Positions 52,301-62,080 of a stretch of 64,000 nt of DNA are shown here, piece after piece (position 1 is the first letter of the stretch; the number at the start of each line of letters is the position of its first letter). The position numbers and the translations under genes are program-made. Below the pieces are notes generated by a model. It was not told the origin of the DNA. It ran no database searches and saw only the letters and a program-made list of their open reading frames with translations. The stretch comes from Sphyrna mokarran. Taxonomy: Eukaryota. Location of the stretch: positions 109,182,001 through 109,246,000 of the forward strand of contig JAGIQG010000009.1 of NCBI GenBank assembly GCA_024679065.1, in the 5' to 3' direction.

Positions 52301-55300
52301 TTGGCAATAAAGAGATGTCACTGGAGATGGAGATTTCCCTCACCGTTTCTATAATGGGAAAAAGTATTATATAACCTTATCTTGTGGAATCACACACCGT
52401 GATTATGTCAGTCAATGTGAAAACATACTCAATAAAGATCTCTCTGATAGCTATGTGAAGGTGTTGCTAATTGATGTCTTTTTCCTTTCAGACAAAATTC
52501 GCTGTCTCCCTAAAACAGGTAGGACCCAAGAGTATTGTTTTATGCATTCTGAGGATGTCAACGTGATTGAGGAGTGGGTGGGTGGAAATGGTAGTGACAG
52601 TGGACTAGTAATCCAAAGACCCAGCCTAATTTTCTGGGGCCATGGGTTCAAATCCCCACCACGGCAGTTGGTGGAATTTAAATGATTAAATCGGGAATAA
52701 AGAATATAACCAGTACAAGACATAGCTGATCCACTAATGTCCAAGGAAATCTGCTGTCCTCACCTGGTCTGGCCATGTGACTCAGGATGCTCAGCAATGT
52801 GCTTGGCTGGTGGATCCAGAACAAGAGGACGCTGTTTTAAAATTAATGCTCGCCCGTTTGGGACAGAGATGAGGAGAATTTGCTTCTCTGAGGGTTTGGC
52901 AACTTTGGAACTTGGAACTCAGAAGGAGGTAAGCGGGGCCATTGAGTATTTTAAGGCAGAGGTAGATAGGTTTTTGTTAGGCAAGGAAATCAAAGGTGAT
53001 CAAGGATAAAGTAAAGTTTATTTATTAGTCACAAGTAGGCTGATATTAACACTGCAATGAAATTATTGTGAAAATCCCCTAGTCGCCACACTCTGGCACC
53101 TGTTTGGATACACTGAGGGAGAATTTAGCATGGCCAATCCACCTAACCAGCACATCTTTCTGACTGTGGGAGAAACCGGAGCACTCGGAGGAAACCCACA
53201 CAGACATGGGGAGAATGTGCAAACTCCTCATGGGCAGTGACCCAAGCTGGGAATCGAACCCAGTTCCCTGGCACTGTGAGGCATCAGTGCTAACCACTGT
53301 GGCGCCCAACTTATTGAAGTTCTCTGAAGAAATTAATCCACATAATGTGGATAAAGGGGAACCTGTCGATGTGATATATGTGGATTTCCAAAATTTGATA
53401 AGGGGCCACATCAAGTTTTAAACACAAAATAACAGCTGATGGTGCAGGGTGTAACAGATTAGCGTGGATAAAAAGCCGGTTAGCTAACTGGAAGCAGCGA
53501 CTGGGGATAAGTGAGTCATTTTGATTTGGCAAGTTGTCCCCAGTAGATTAGCACAGGGATCAGTGCTGGCGTCTCAAACTGTGTAAGTGACTTGAATGAA
53601 GAAACAGAAGGTGTGGTTGCTAAATGTTCTGCTGACACAAAGTTAGGTAGGAAAGTAAGTTATGAAGAGGACGTGGAATTGAAAGGCTTGACTTACGAGG
53701 AGTGTTTGGGGACTGTGGGTTTGTACTTGATGGAGTTTAGAAAGATGAGGGGGAAATCTCATTGAAACGTACAGAATTCTGAAAGGCCTGGACAGAGTGG
53801 ATTTGGAGAAGGTGTTTCCATGAGTAGGAGAGACTAGCATCTGAGGGCACAGCCTCAGAGTAAAGGGACAATCCTTTAGAACCCAGATAGGGAGGAATTT
53901 CTTCAGTGAGAGGGTGGTGAATGTATGGAATTCATTGCCGCAGAAGGCTGTGGAGGCCGGGTCACTGAGTGTCTTTAACACAGAGATAGACAAGTTCTTG
54001 ATTGGTAAGGCAATCAAAGGCTATGGGGAAAAGGCAGGAGAATGGGGTTGAGAAACATATCAGCCGTGATTGAATGGCAGAGCAGACAATGGGCTGAATG
54101 GCCTAATTCTGAGCAAAGATTGACTGATGCATGATAATGTGAACTCATCAACTTAGTCAAGAGGATTAAGAAAGCAGCATTTTATTTAAATGGAGAGCAA
54201 ATGCAGAACTCTGAAGTACAAAGGGCTCTCAGTATCTTGATACATAGATCAGGAAAAGTTACTCTGCAGATACAGGAAGTGGTCAGAAAGCCTTCTGCAG
54301 TGTTGTTTCTTGCAAGAGAATGGTTATAAAAGTAGGGACGTTTTGCTAGGCCATTGGTGGGACCACATCTGGAGTACTTTGTACGGTTTTGGCCTTCTTA
54401 CTGGAGAAAGGATATAATGGCATTAGAAACAGTTCAGGAAATGTGCGCTCGACTAATCCTGGGAATGGGAGAGGTATCCTACGAGGATAAATTGGATAAA
54501 CTTGGCCTGATTTCTTAAGAGTTGAGAAATGTAAGATCCTGATTGGATGGATAGGAAGAGGCCAAATGGCCTACTCCTCTTAATCCATATGTGTGAATGT
54601 TCGTAAGGCTAGAGAACAGATTGCTGTATCCATCAAAATAAATCTTCAGAAAGAGTTCCTCTTTTAGATTTTAGCTAATGACTGAGATTAATTTACCTTC
54701 AAATAATTCATTACACATTTAATACTCAATCTCATTATTCTTTCAGCTTGTGAGAGAATGACTGCTGTTGCAGGTAAGATTTGCAAGTCACAAGTGCGTA
54801 GAATTTGCACCATCTTCCAAATCTCAGCCACAGGAGGAGGCCATTCAATCCATTAAAATTGAGTTATTGAAAGACATGTTCCACGATTCCAAACCTCTCC
54901 CCTGAAAAATTATAGAATCCCTACAGTGAGATGGAGGCCATTTGGCCCACTGAGCTTTTACCAACAAGTTCCACCCAAGTATTTATCCTGCTAATTCCCC
55001 CCGACGCTAAAGGACAATTTAGCATCGCCAGTCCACCTAACCCGCACATCTTTGGAGTGTGTGAGGAAACCAGAGCACCCGGAGGAAACCCACACAGACA
55101 CAGGGAGAACGTGTAAACTCCACACAGACAGACCCCAGCTAGAATTGAACCCGAATCCCTCGCACTTCATTTCCTCCAGTTTTCTTACTTGATTGCTGTG
55201 TTTAGCGAAATAAATTCCTCTTCCCCTCACAGTGCCAGGGACGCGGGTTCAATTCCAGCCTCGGGTAACTTGTTGGGCTCAATAACCTCCTCCTGCTCTG

Positions 55301-56973
55301 TTCAGATTCTATGATTCATTTTTAACCCACTATCATCAATCTGTATCCAGTTATTATTGACTCTACTGCCACTGGAAATAAAGTAGATAAGGGAGGTGGT
55401 GACATTGTGATATTGTCAGTGGGTTAATAATTCAATGACCCAGGATAATGCTCTGAGGAGGTTTGAATCCCATCACTGGCAGATGGTGAAATTTGAACTA
55501 AATAAAGTTTACTGATGACCGTTGTTGATCGATGTAAAACCCTGGCCCAATTCACTGATATCCCTTAGGGAAGGAAATCCACCATCCTTACCTGGTCTGG
55601 CCCACGTGTGACTTCAGAGACACAGCCACTTGGTTGACTTCTAACAAAATCTCTGAAATGGCCACTCGGTTCAAGGAATAGACAACAAATGCTGGCCCAG
55701 CCAGCAATGCCCACATCCAATGAATGAATTTACGGAACATCCGAGCAGGTCTATCCTGAAATTCGCTGGAATTAGGAACCTGCCACTTTAATTCCTTGCT
55801 GTTTTGCTATGGTTACCCTGTCCTTTTGCAAAGAATATTCCAACACACACACAGACTGTTCAGCTCAGCTAATAGTCCACACGAGTAACTTCTGGTGGAC
55901 TCACTTTCCCCATCTGCAGTGATCCATGTGTGAAATGCTTGGCCTCCGCTCCCTCTCCTTTTAATAACCTTTTTAAAGAGAGCTAAACCCTGTCCAGTGC
56001 CTGCAGTTAAACCTTTGAGGATTCTGGGTCTGTATTCATTGGAGTTAGAAGGATGAAGGGGGATCTTATTGAAACTTACAGGATACTGCGAGGCCTGGAT
56101 GTGGAGAAGATGTTTCTGCTAGCAGGGAAAACTAGAACCAGAGGGCACAACTCAGACTAAAGGAACAATTCTTTAAAACAGATGAGGAGGAGTTTCTTTA
56201 GCCAGAGGGTGGTGAACCTGTGGAAGGTTGTGGAGGGCAGGTCATTGAGTGTCTTTAAGACAGAGTTAGATGGGTTCCTGATCAATAAGGGGATCAGAGG
56301 TTATGGGGAAAAAGCAGGAGAATGCTGATACTTTTCTCATCCCCAATGATTGAATGCCGGAACAGACTCGATGGGCCGAGTGGCCTCATTCTGCTCCAGT
56401 GTCTTAATGGTTTTTCCCTTTATTTTTGTAGTTAGTGTCACCTTGGACAATGAGACTGCGCATCAGGACCTCGAGGTATCCTCCAACCAGACCACAGTGA
56501 GCTACGCTGCAGGAGATAAGATTCTCAGTGATACAGACAGGAGGTTTATTTCCAGGTCAGCCCTGCTGGGCAAGGATGGATACACGTCGGGCAGGCACTT
56601 CTGGACAGTGGAAGTGGAGAGCCATGTCCCCTGGGATTTGGGAATAGCCAGGGAGTCGGTGGACAGGAAGGTCAACCAACCTCTGAACCCCGAAAACGGG
56701 TATTGGACCATTGGGTATGATGGGCACAAATACTCAGTAAATGACACAAACCCTCTGGAAATATCAGTGAAGGACAAAATCCAGAAGATCGGAATATATG
56801 TCAACTATGAAGCTGGACAGGTTCTGTTCTGCGACGCTGCCACCTTTTGCCACCTGCACAGTTTCAACAGTTCTTTCAAGGAGCCAATCTACCCCTTCTT
56901 CAATCTCTTTCAAGATGGCAGAATTGTCATTTTACCATTGACCCCCGTCAAACACCTTAATAATTGCACTTGA
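40289..56973 (+). CDS. Butyrophilin-family protein (SP-IgV-IgC-TM-heptad stalk-B30.2), 11 coding exons, 499 aa
   Basis: Manual splice gives a 1500-nt open frame; every intron is phase 1 and GT-AG; domain order is that of BTN/BTNL genes. Extra symmetric micro-exons could have been missed. Confidence 0.92.
40525..41580 (-). mobile_element. Penelope-like fragments (GIY-YIG ~41330-41580 plus terminal repeats)
   Basis: Minus strand reads YIGETTQMLRQR...VGKHFSGHGHSAS, homologous to 29950-30200. Confidence 0.8.
40601..40640 (-). ncRNA. Penelope-type minimal (type I) hammerhead ribozyme motif
   Basis: Minus strand reads TCAC-CTGACGA-A-GGAG-CAGCA-CTCT-GAA-AGCT-T-GTGA: CUGANGA and GAAA cores, stem I TCAC/GTGA, stem II GGAG/CTCT, palindromic AGCT in place of stem III. 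Confidence 0.6.
41858..42202 (+). CDS. Butyrophilin IgV exon (345 nt)
   Basis: ccctcag|TG...GCGA|gtgagt; encodes VLECQL...LEVRW...VHLF...QDARYKDRT...GNISLKLTNVQLADEGVYKC (B7/BTN-type V-set). Confidence 0.95.
42810..43545. mobile_element. Head-to-head pair of HE1-like SINEs (42810-43115 -, 43265-43545 +)
   Basis: The same SINE head and core in opposite orientations, about 150 nt apart. Confidence 0.85.
44330..44608 (+). CDS. Butyrophilin IgC exon (279 nt)
   Basis: gtgcag|GT...CCAG|gtcagt; encodes LGNRPSV...GIQLLCESGSWYPMPEVEWKD...FSCSM (BTN IgC motif C-x-S-x-x-W-Y-P-x-P-x-V-x-W). Confidence 0.95.
45590..45890 (+). mobile_element. HE1-like V-SINE with CR1-type tail
   Basis: ggtggcacagtg...gttcgattcc head, V core, gactcgatgggccgaatggcct tail. 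Confidence 0.85.
46061..46180 (+). CDS. Butyrophilin transmembrane exon (120 nt)
   Basis: cctctag|AT...CGAG|gtatga; encodes DEFYPRTSNWLYVFLLIFFGTIGLIVGLILFYRKQKRYVR (hydrophobic span then basic stop-transfer). Confidence 0.93.
46779..46805 (+). CDS. Butyrophilin micro-exon a (27 nt)
   Basis: tctttcag|ATCTCGAAAAGAGGCCAACAACAAAAG|gtaaga; encodes DLEKRPTTK. Confidence 0.85.
46857..47760 (+). repeat. Minisatellite, ~45-47-bp unit (CAGACACTGTCCTTTCCCCCTCTGGGACTGGGTGGGACAGTGGGT), about 19-20 copies
   Basis: Highly similar tandem copies read directly; lies between micro-exons a and b. Confidence 0.96.
47881..47907 (+). CDS. Butyrophilin micro-exon b (27 nt)
   Basis: tgttttag|AACATGTGCACCATATTCGTCTGAACC|gtgagt; encodes EHVHHIRLN. 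Confidence 0.8.
48882..48902 (+). CDS. Butyrophilin micro-exon c (21 nt heptad)
   Basis: Long T/C tract, ttcag|AGAAGCTCAGCGTGGATTTCA|gtaaga; encodes QKLSVDF. Confidence 0.82.
50130..50240 (+). mobile_element. DeuSINE (SacSINE1/AmnSINE1-like) core fragment; others near 2690, 14450, 38020 and 38560
   Basis: ttgtttgtgg...ttgctgtgtgcaaaatggctgcc...aacagtgactac...ttggctgtaaa resembles the Deu domain as recalled. Confidence 0.6.
50806..50826 (+). CDS. Butyrophilin micro-exon d (21 nt heptad)
   Basis: ttgtccag|ACAATCTCCAGACCGAGCTAG|gtaaga; encodes NNLQTEL. Confidence 0.85.
   Translation, partial: TISRPS
51280..51460 (+). repeat. Degenerate (TG)n microsatellite
   Basis: Repeated tgtgtg/tatgtg runs. 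Confidence 0.85.
52492..52518 (+). CDS. Butyrophilin micro-exon e (27 nt)
   Basis: cctttcag|ACAAAATTCGCTGTCTCCCTAAAACAG|gtagga; encodes DKIRCLPKT. Confidence 0.8.
53300..54600 (+). mobile_element. CR1 fragments (a better-preserved 3' end at ~53680-54110 nested in an older copy)
   Basis: VDKGEPVDVIYVDFQ; NFFSERVVNVWNSLPQKAVEA. Confidence 0.8.
54747..54773 (+). CDS. Butyrophilin micro-exon f (27 nt, pre-B30.2)
   Basis: tctttcag|CTTGTGAGAGAATGACTGCTGTTGCAG|gtaaga; encodes ACERMTAVA. Confidence 0.85.
55990..56410 (+). mobile_element. CR1 3' end abutting the B30.2 exon acceptor
   Basis: gggggatcttattgaaacttacagg...gactcgatgggccgagtggcct tail. Confidence 0.82.
56432..56973 (+). CDS. Butyrophilin B30.2 (PRY-SPRY) exon
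   Basis: tttttgtag|TT; encodes VSVTLDNETAHQDLEVS...GRHFWTVEV...WDLGIARESV...PENGYW...KIGIYVNYEAGQVLF...IYPFF; stop TGA ends at 56973. Confidence 0.95.
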
Positions 56974-57880
56974 TGTCATTGCTGTGTCACCGTGAGGTGA
57001 TGATGTCACCCTCAGAGTCACATGACCCTACCAATAGATGCCATTTTGCCCCCAGAGTTGGCTCAAAGCTTTGGGAGTGAATGTTCCTCTCTCTCTTGTT
57101 TAGCAACACTAATCAGAAGGAACATCGGAAGGAATGAAGGCCATTCTATAGGATTAGAATTAGGCCATTCAGCCCACCGAGTCTGCTCTGCTCTGATAAG
57201 TTTCTCAACGCCATCCTACCATCTTTTTGCCATGATCTTTGATTCCCTTACTAATCAAGAACCTCTGTCTTAAATATACTCAGTGACCTGGCCTCCACAG
57301 CCTTCCATACATTCATCACCCTCCGGCTGAAGAACTTCCTCCTCCTCCTCCTCTCGGGGAGGAGGAAGGATTTCTCACTACAACTCTTCCCCCTCCATCT
57401 CCCCTTGAAAGAGAATCCTGCCTTGGCCTGGCCAATTTTTAAAGAAAAGTTTTTTGTTTTGTGTGTCATGGTGTCAGAAAGACCTGTTGACCAAATATGG
57501 TCTTGACAACTTGAAACCTGAGTGTAAAATTCTCACTGACCCTCCAGTGAGGGGGAGTGTTGCAGTGACTGAATACTGTCCTTCAGATGTAATTTTAAAC
57601 CTGTCTGTGCACCCCCCTGATCCTGTGACATATTACAAAGCAGAACCAGGGGAGTTTGCCAGCCCACTCGCTGGCCCGCTCTCTTGCAATCTTTCTAATC
57701 CAGGTCTCCATCCTTTATGATGGATATTGCAGCAAGTTCAATCCCGAAAAATGCTGTGGGGTTGGGAATTGTTCACAATTCCAGGTGATCGTACTTCAGA
57801 TGTTCAGAGAATACAGCATTCTGAGAGGTATCCTCTTCTATGTGAAATTCCAGTTGGGAACATTGCACTAAGTCTGCAGT

Positions 57881-58851
57881 TAAGGCTTCATATTGCAATT
57901 AGAATCAAAGAATAGAATTATAGAATCCCTACAGTGCAGAAGAAGCCATTTGGCCCATTGAATCTGCACCAACTCTCTGACAGAGTATCTTACTCAGGCC
58001 CTCCCTGTAACCATGCATTTACTATGGCCAATCTCCCTAAAGGGTAATTTAACATGGCCAATCCTTTTAACCTACATATCTTTAGACTGTGGAAGGAAAC
58101 CGAGCATCCAGAGGAAACCCACGCAGAAACGGGAAGAACATATACATGCAGTCACCTGAAGACTGGAATTGAACCTGGGTCCCCGATGCTGGGAGGCAGC
58201 AGTGCTAACCCTAAACACTGTGCCACTGTGCCGTCCTTTTAATATATGTTCCATTGACTGCCATGGTGGGACTTGTATCCGGGTCTCCAGCTTGGACCCC
58301 TGGATTATTCGCCCAGCGATGTTACCGGGGTTGGGGGCGCGGTGGTGGTCAGTTTGTGGGAAAATCACCACAGACTGTCCAAAAGGTGATCAAAGTGGGT
58401 TTGACTGACAGTTTACAGTGGAGTCTCCTGGTCTCTGAGTGCCAAATACATTAATCATCACCTATTCATGGAAACCCCACACCCAAAGTTTCTTGTTTAA
58501 GTGTTGCATGTAATATAATGCCTGTGTTTGTGTATTTTTATGTACAGTTTTTCAAATCACGCACTAGTAATGATGGAACTTTTATTGAGCAAAGATTATC
58601 CAGTGACGATGATTATCCAGCAAATAGAAATGAACATAGGAATTAGGATTGTTCACTTCTGCCCCTAATTCCTATCCTCATCTCAAGATCTTTGTACCTT
58701 ATGTTATTAAATATGGAAGTGAATGGCCGTAAGGCTTCATATTGCAATTAGAATCAAAGAATAGAATTATAGAATACATACAGTGCAGAAGAAGCCATTT
58801 GGCCCATTGAATCTGCACCAACTCTCTGACAGAGTATCTTACTCAGGCCCT
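57881..58851 (+). repeat. 122-bp direct duplication (57881-58002 and 58730-58851)
   Basis: TAAGGCTTCATATTGC...CTCAGGCCCT occurs twice with 2 mismatches. Confidence 0.92.
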
Positions 58852-59719
58852 GAGGGTTAATGTTTTGAAAGTGGATTTCACTGGCTAAACCAACATTTGT
58901 TACCCATCCCTAATTCCTGTTCGAGAAGGTGTTGGTGAGCTACCTTCTTGAACTTGCTGCAGTCCATGTGGTGCAGGTACACCTGCTATGTGTTAGGGTG
59001 GGAGCTCCAGGATTTTGACCCAGTGACAGTGAAGGAATGGTCAAGTTGGTGAGTGAGTTGGAGAGGAGGTTGCATGTGGTGGTGTTCCCCGGTATCTGCT
59101 GCTTTTGTCCTTCTGGATGGAAGTGGTTGTGAGTTTGGAAGGTGCTGCCTAAGTGAATTTTACAGTACTCTATAAACTGTGTGTGCCTTTTATATGCTGT
59201 ATTTGAGACCAGAACTCCCACTCACCTGCCAAAGAGGCAAACCCTGAAAGCTTGTGGGTCTATAATCAAATAAACTGGTTGGACTTTAACCTGGTGTTGT
59301 GAGACTTCTTACTAATTGAATTCCCAATAAATCTTTATCACATTGATCATGGCCAATCACCTAATCCGTATGTCTTTCCGACTGGGAGCACCCAGAGAAA
59401 TGCACACCGACACGGGGAGAATGTGAAAACTCCACACGGTCAGTGACCCGAGGCCAGAATTGAATCTGGGTCCCTGGCACCGTGAGGCAGCAGCAGGTTT
59501 AAGCACTGCGCCACCCGTCTGCACACGGGGAACTCTCCCAGTTACCCAAGACGTTACTGAGTTTTGCTGTAAAAAGTATTTAAAGACTCTGCTTCCACCG
59601 CCTTTCGAGGAAGAAAATTCCACAGACTCACCGCCCTCTGAGAGAACACCATTCTCATCTCTGTCTTACCTGGGTAACCCCTCATCTTTAAACGGTGACT
59701 CTCTAATTCTAGATAGGAA

Positions 59720-60580
59720 TATAGAAAGAAGAATAGGCCATTCAGCCCATTGAGTCAGCTCTGCCTCTCAATATGATTGTTGCTGATTGGACAGTTCAAT
59801 GGGCAGCGTGCATAAATTGGGCCAAAGGGCCTGTGTCCAAGCTGTAAACCTTATGACACTCTACTTTTATTGTTAAGCGGGGTCTCTACCTTAAACATGC
59901 TCAATGACTGAGCTTCCACAAACCTCTGTGTAGAGAACGCCAAAGATTCACAACCCTCTGTGCGAAGAAATTTCTCCTCACCTCAGTCCTAAGAGATATT
60001 GAGTCTGCTGGTTCTAGATTCCCCACCCAAGGGAAACATCTTGTCTGCATCGACCCTGTCTATTCCTTTAAGCATTTTGTGAGTTTCATTGAAATCACCT
60101 CTCATTCTTTGGAACTGTAGTGAATACAGGTCCAGTTTGCCTGATCTCTCTTCATAAGACAGTCCTGCTGTATTTGGAACAAGTCTGGTGAACCTTTGTT
60201 GAATTCTCTCTGTGGCAATTATATCCTTTTAGAGGTAAGGTGCAAATAGTACCCCGTGTGTGGTCTAACCAAAGTGTCTATATAATTAAAGCAAGACCTC
60301 TACTCATTTTGTGATAAAGGCTAATATTCCATTAGCTTGCTATATCTGTTAGCTTTCAGTGATTTATGGACAAGGACAATCCGATCTCTTTGTACATCTA
60401 CATTTCCTAATTTCTTACCGTTTAGGAAATACTTTGCACATCTGTTCCTTCTACCAAAGTACATCACCTCACATTTTTCCACGTTATATCTCCCTCTGTC
60501 CTGCTCTTTCACAAGAGGGAACATCCTTTCCTCATCCATCCCACTGAAGACCCTTCAGGATCTTCTCTGTTTCAATCAAG
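59720..60580 (-). mobile_element. CR1 fragments
   Basis: YNVEKCEVMYFGRRN and a CR1 3' UTR. Confidence 0.75.
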
Positions 60581-60819
60581 CAATCAGGCCTCGGAAATGT
60601 TGATAAACGGTTTGAGGGCACGCTGACAGAGTTTGAGAGAAAGTTTAAAAGCAGGATCTGTGAGAGGTGGTGATTTGAAGATCACTCCCCGTGATGATAG
60701 GAAGGTCGGCCAGGTTAATGCAGAGTTGGAGAAATGGTGCAGGAGATAGAATTTCAGGTTTGAGGGGTATTGTATACTGGGCAGGATAGTGATCTGTTCA
60801 CAAGGAATGGGGTTACTTT

Positions 60820-62080
60820 CAACATTTCTGCTATGGCTCTCACCAATTTTCACATATGCACAGTAGAAAGCATCCTTTCTGATTATATCACAGCCTAGTA
60901 TGGCTCCTGCTCTGCCCAAGACTGCAAGAAACTACAAAGGGTCATGAACGTAGCCCAATCCATCACACAAACGAGCCTCCATTCACTGACTCTGTCTACA
61001 CTTCTCACTGTCTCAGAAACACAGCCAGCAAAAACCCCACACACCCCGGACATTCTTTCTTCCACCTTTCTTTGAGAATAAGATATATAAGTCTGAGGTC
61101 ACGTACCAACTCGAGAACAGCTCCTTCCCTGCTACTATCAGAGACTTTTGAATGGATCCACCATATATTAAGCTGACCTTTCTCTACCCCCCAGCTATGA
61201 CTCTCTCTCCAGCTGCACCCTCTCCTTTCTCTCTCCCCTATGTACTCTATGCTTTATTTGTATGGTGTGTGAGAAACAATACTTTTCACTGCATCCCAAT
61301 ACATTTGATAACAATAAATCAAATCAAATCTGGTCAGGGATGGAGCTACGACTCTGTGTAGGGAGACCAGCTAGTGCTGCGAGGAGAGGGGCGCAAAATG
61401 AAGCATCAGAGAAGGCACAATTAACAGAGATTGAGAAAGGAAATATCATTAGAATAAAGAAGGGTAATCGCGAATGATGAAAAACAGTCTAAGATGACTG
61501 GAATGTTTGCACATCCGTGTATAGCTAAATAAGATTTTGATTTGATTTGATTAATTAGTGTCACATATTAGCATAATGTGAAAAGTATTTCTTGCTCGCT
61601 ATACAAACTATACCCTTCATAGAGAAGGAGACGAGAGTGCAGGATGTAGTGTTACAGTTATAGCTAGGGTGTAGAGAAAGATTAACTTAACGCAAGATAG
61701 GTCCATTCAAAAGTCTGACAGCAGCGGGGAAGGTGTTCCTGAGTCGGTTGGTACATGACCTCAGACTTTTGTATCTTTTTCCTCAATGGACAAAGGTGGA
61801 AGAGAGAATGTCTGGGGTGCGTGGGGTCCTTAATTATGCTGGCTGTTTTTCCGAGGCAGTGGGAAGTGTAGACAGAGTTAATGGATAGGAGGCTGGTTTG
61901 CGTGATGGATTGGGCTGCATTCACGACCTTTTGCAGTTTCTTGCTGTCTTGGTCAGAGCAGGAGCCAGACCAAGCTGTGATACAACCAGAAAGAATGCTT
62001 TCTATGGTGCATCTGTAAAAGCTGGTGAGAGTTGTAGCTGACATGCCAAATTTCCTTAGTCTTCGGAGAAAGTAGAATCT
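60820..62080. mobile_element. Two L2/Rex-type LINE 3' ends in inverted, tail-to-tail orientation (60820-61330 +; 61535-62080 -)
   Basis: FYFLRRLRKFGMSATTLTSFYRCTIESILSGCITAW; (CAAAT)n-type tails. Confidence 0.8.

Noticed and set aside
56350-56431. N-terminal part of the 207-aa B30.2 ORF as a stand-alone gene
   Set aside because: It is CR1 tail plus polypyrimidine tract; a phase-1 acceptor at 56431 explains the exon.
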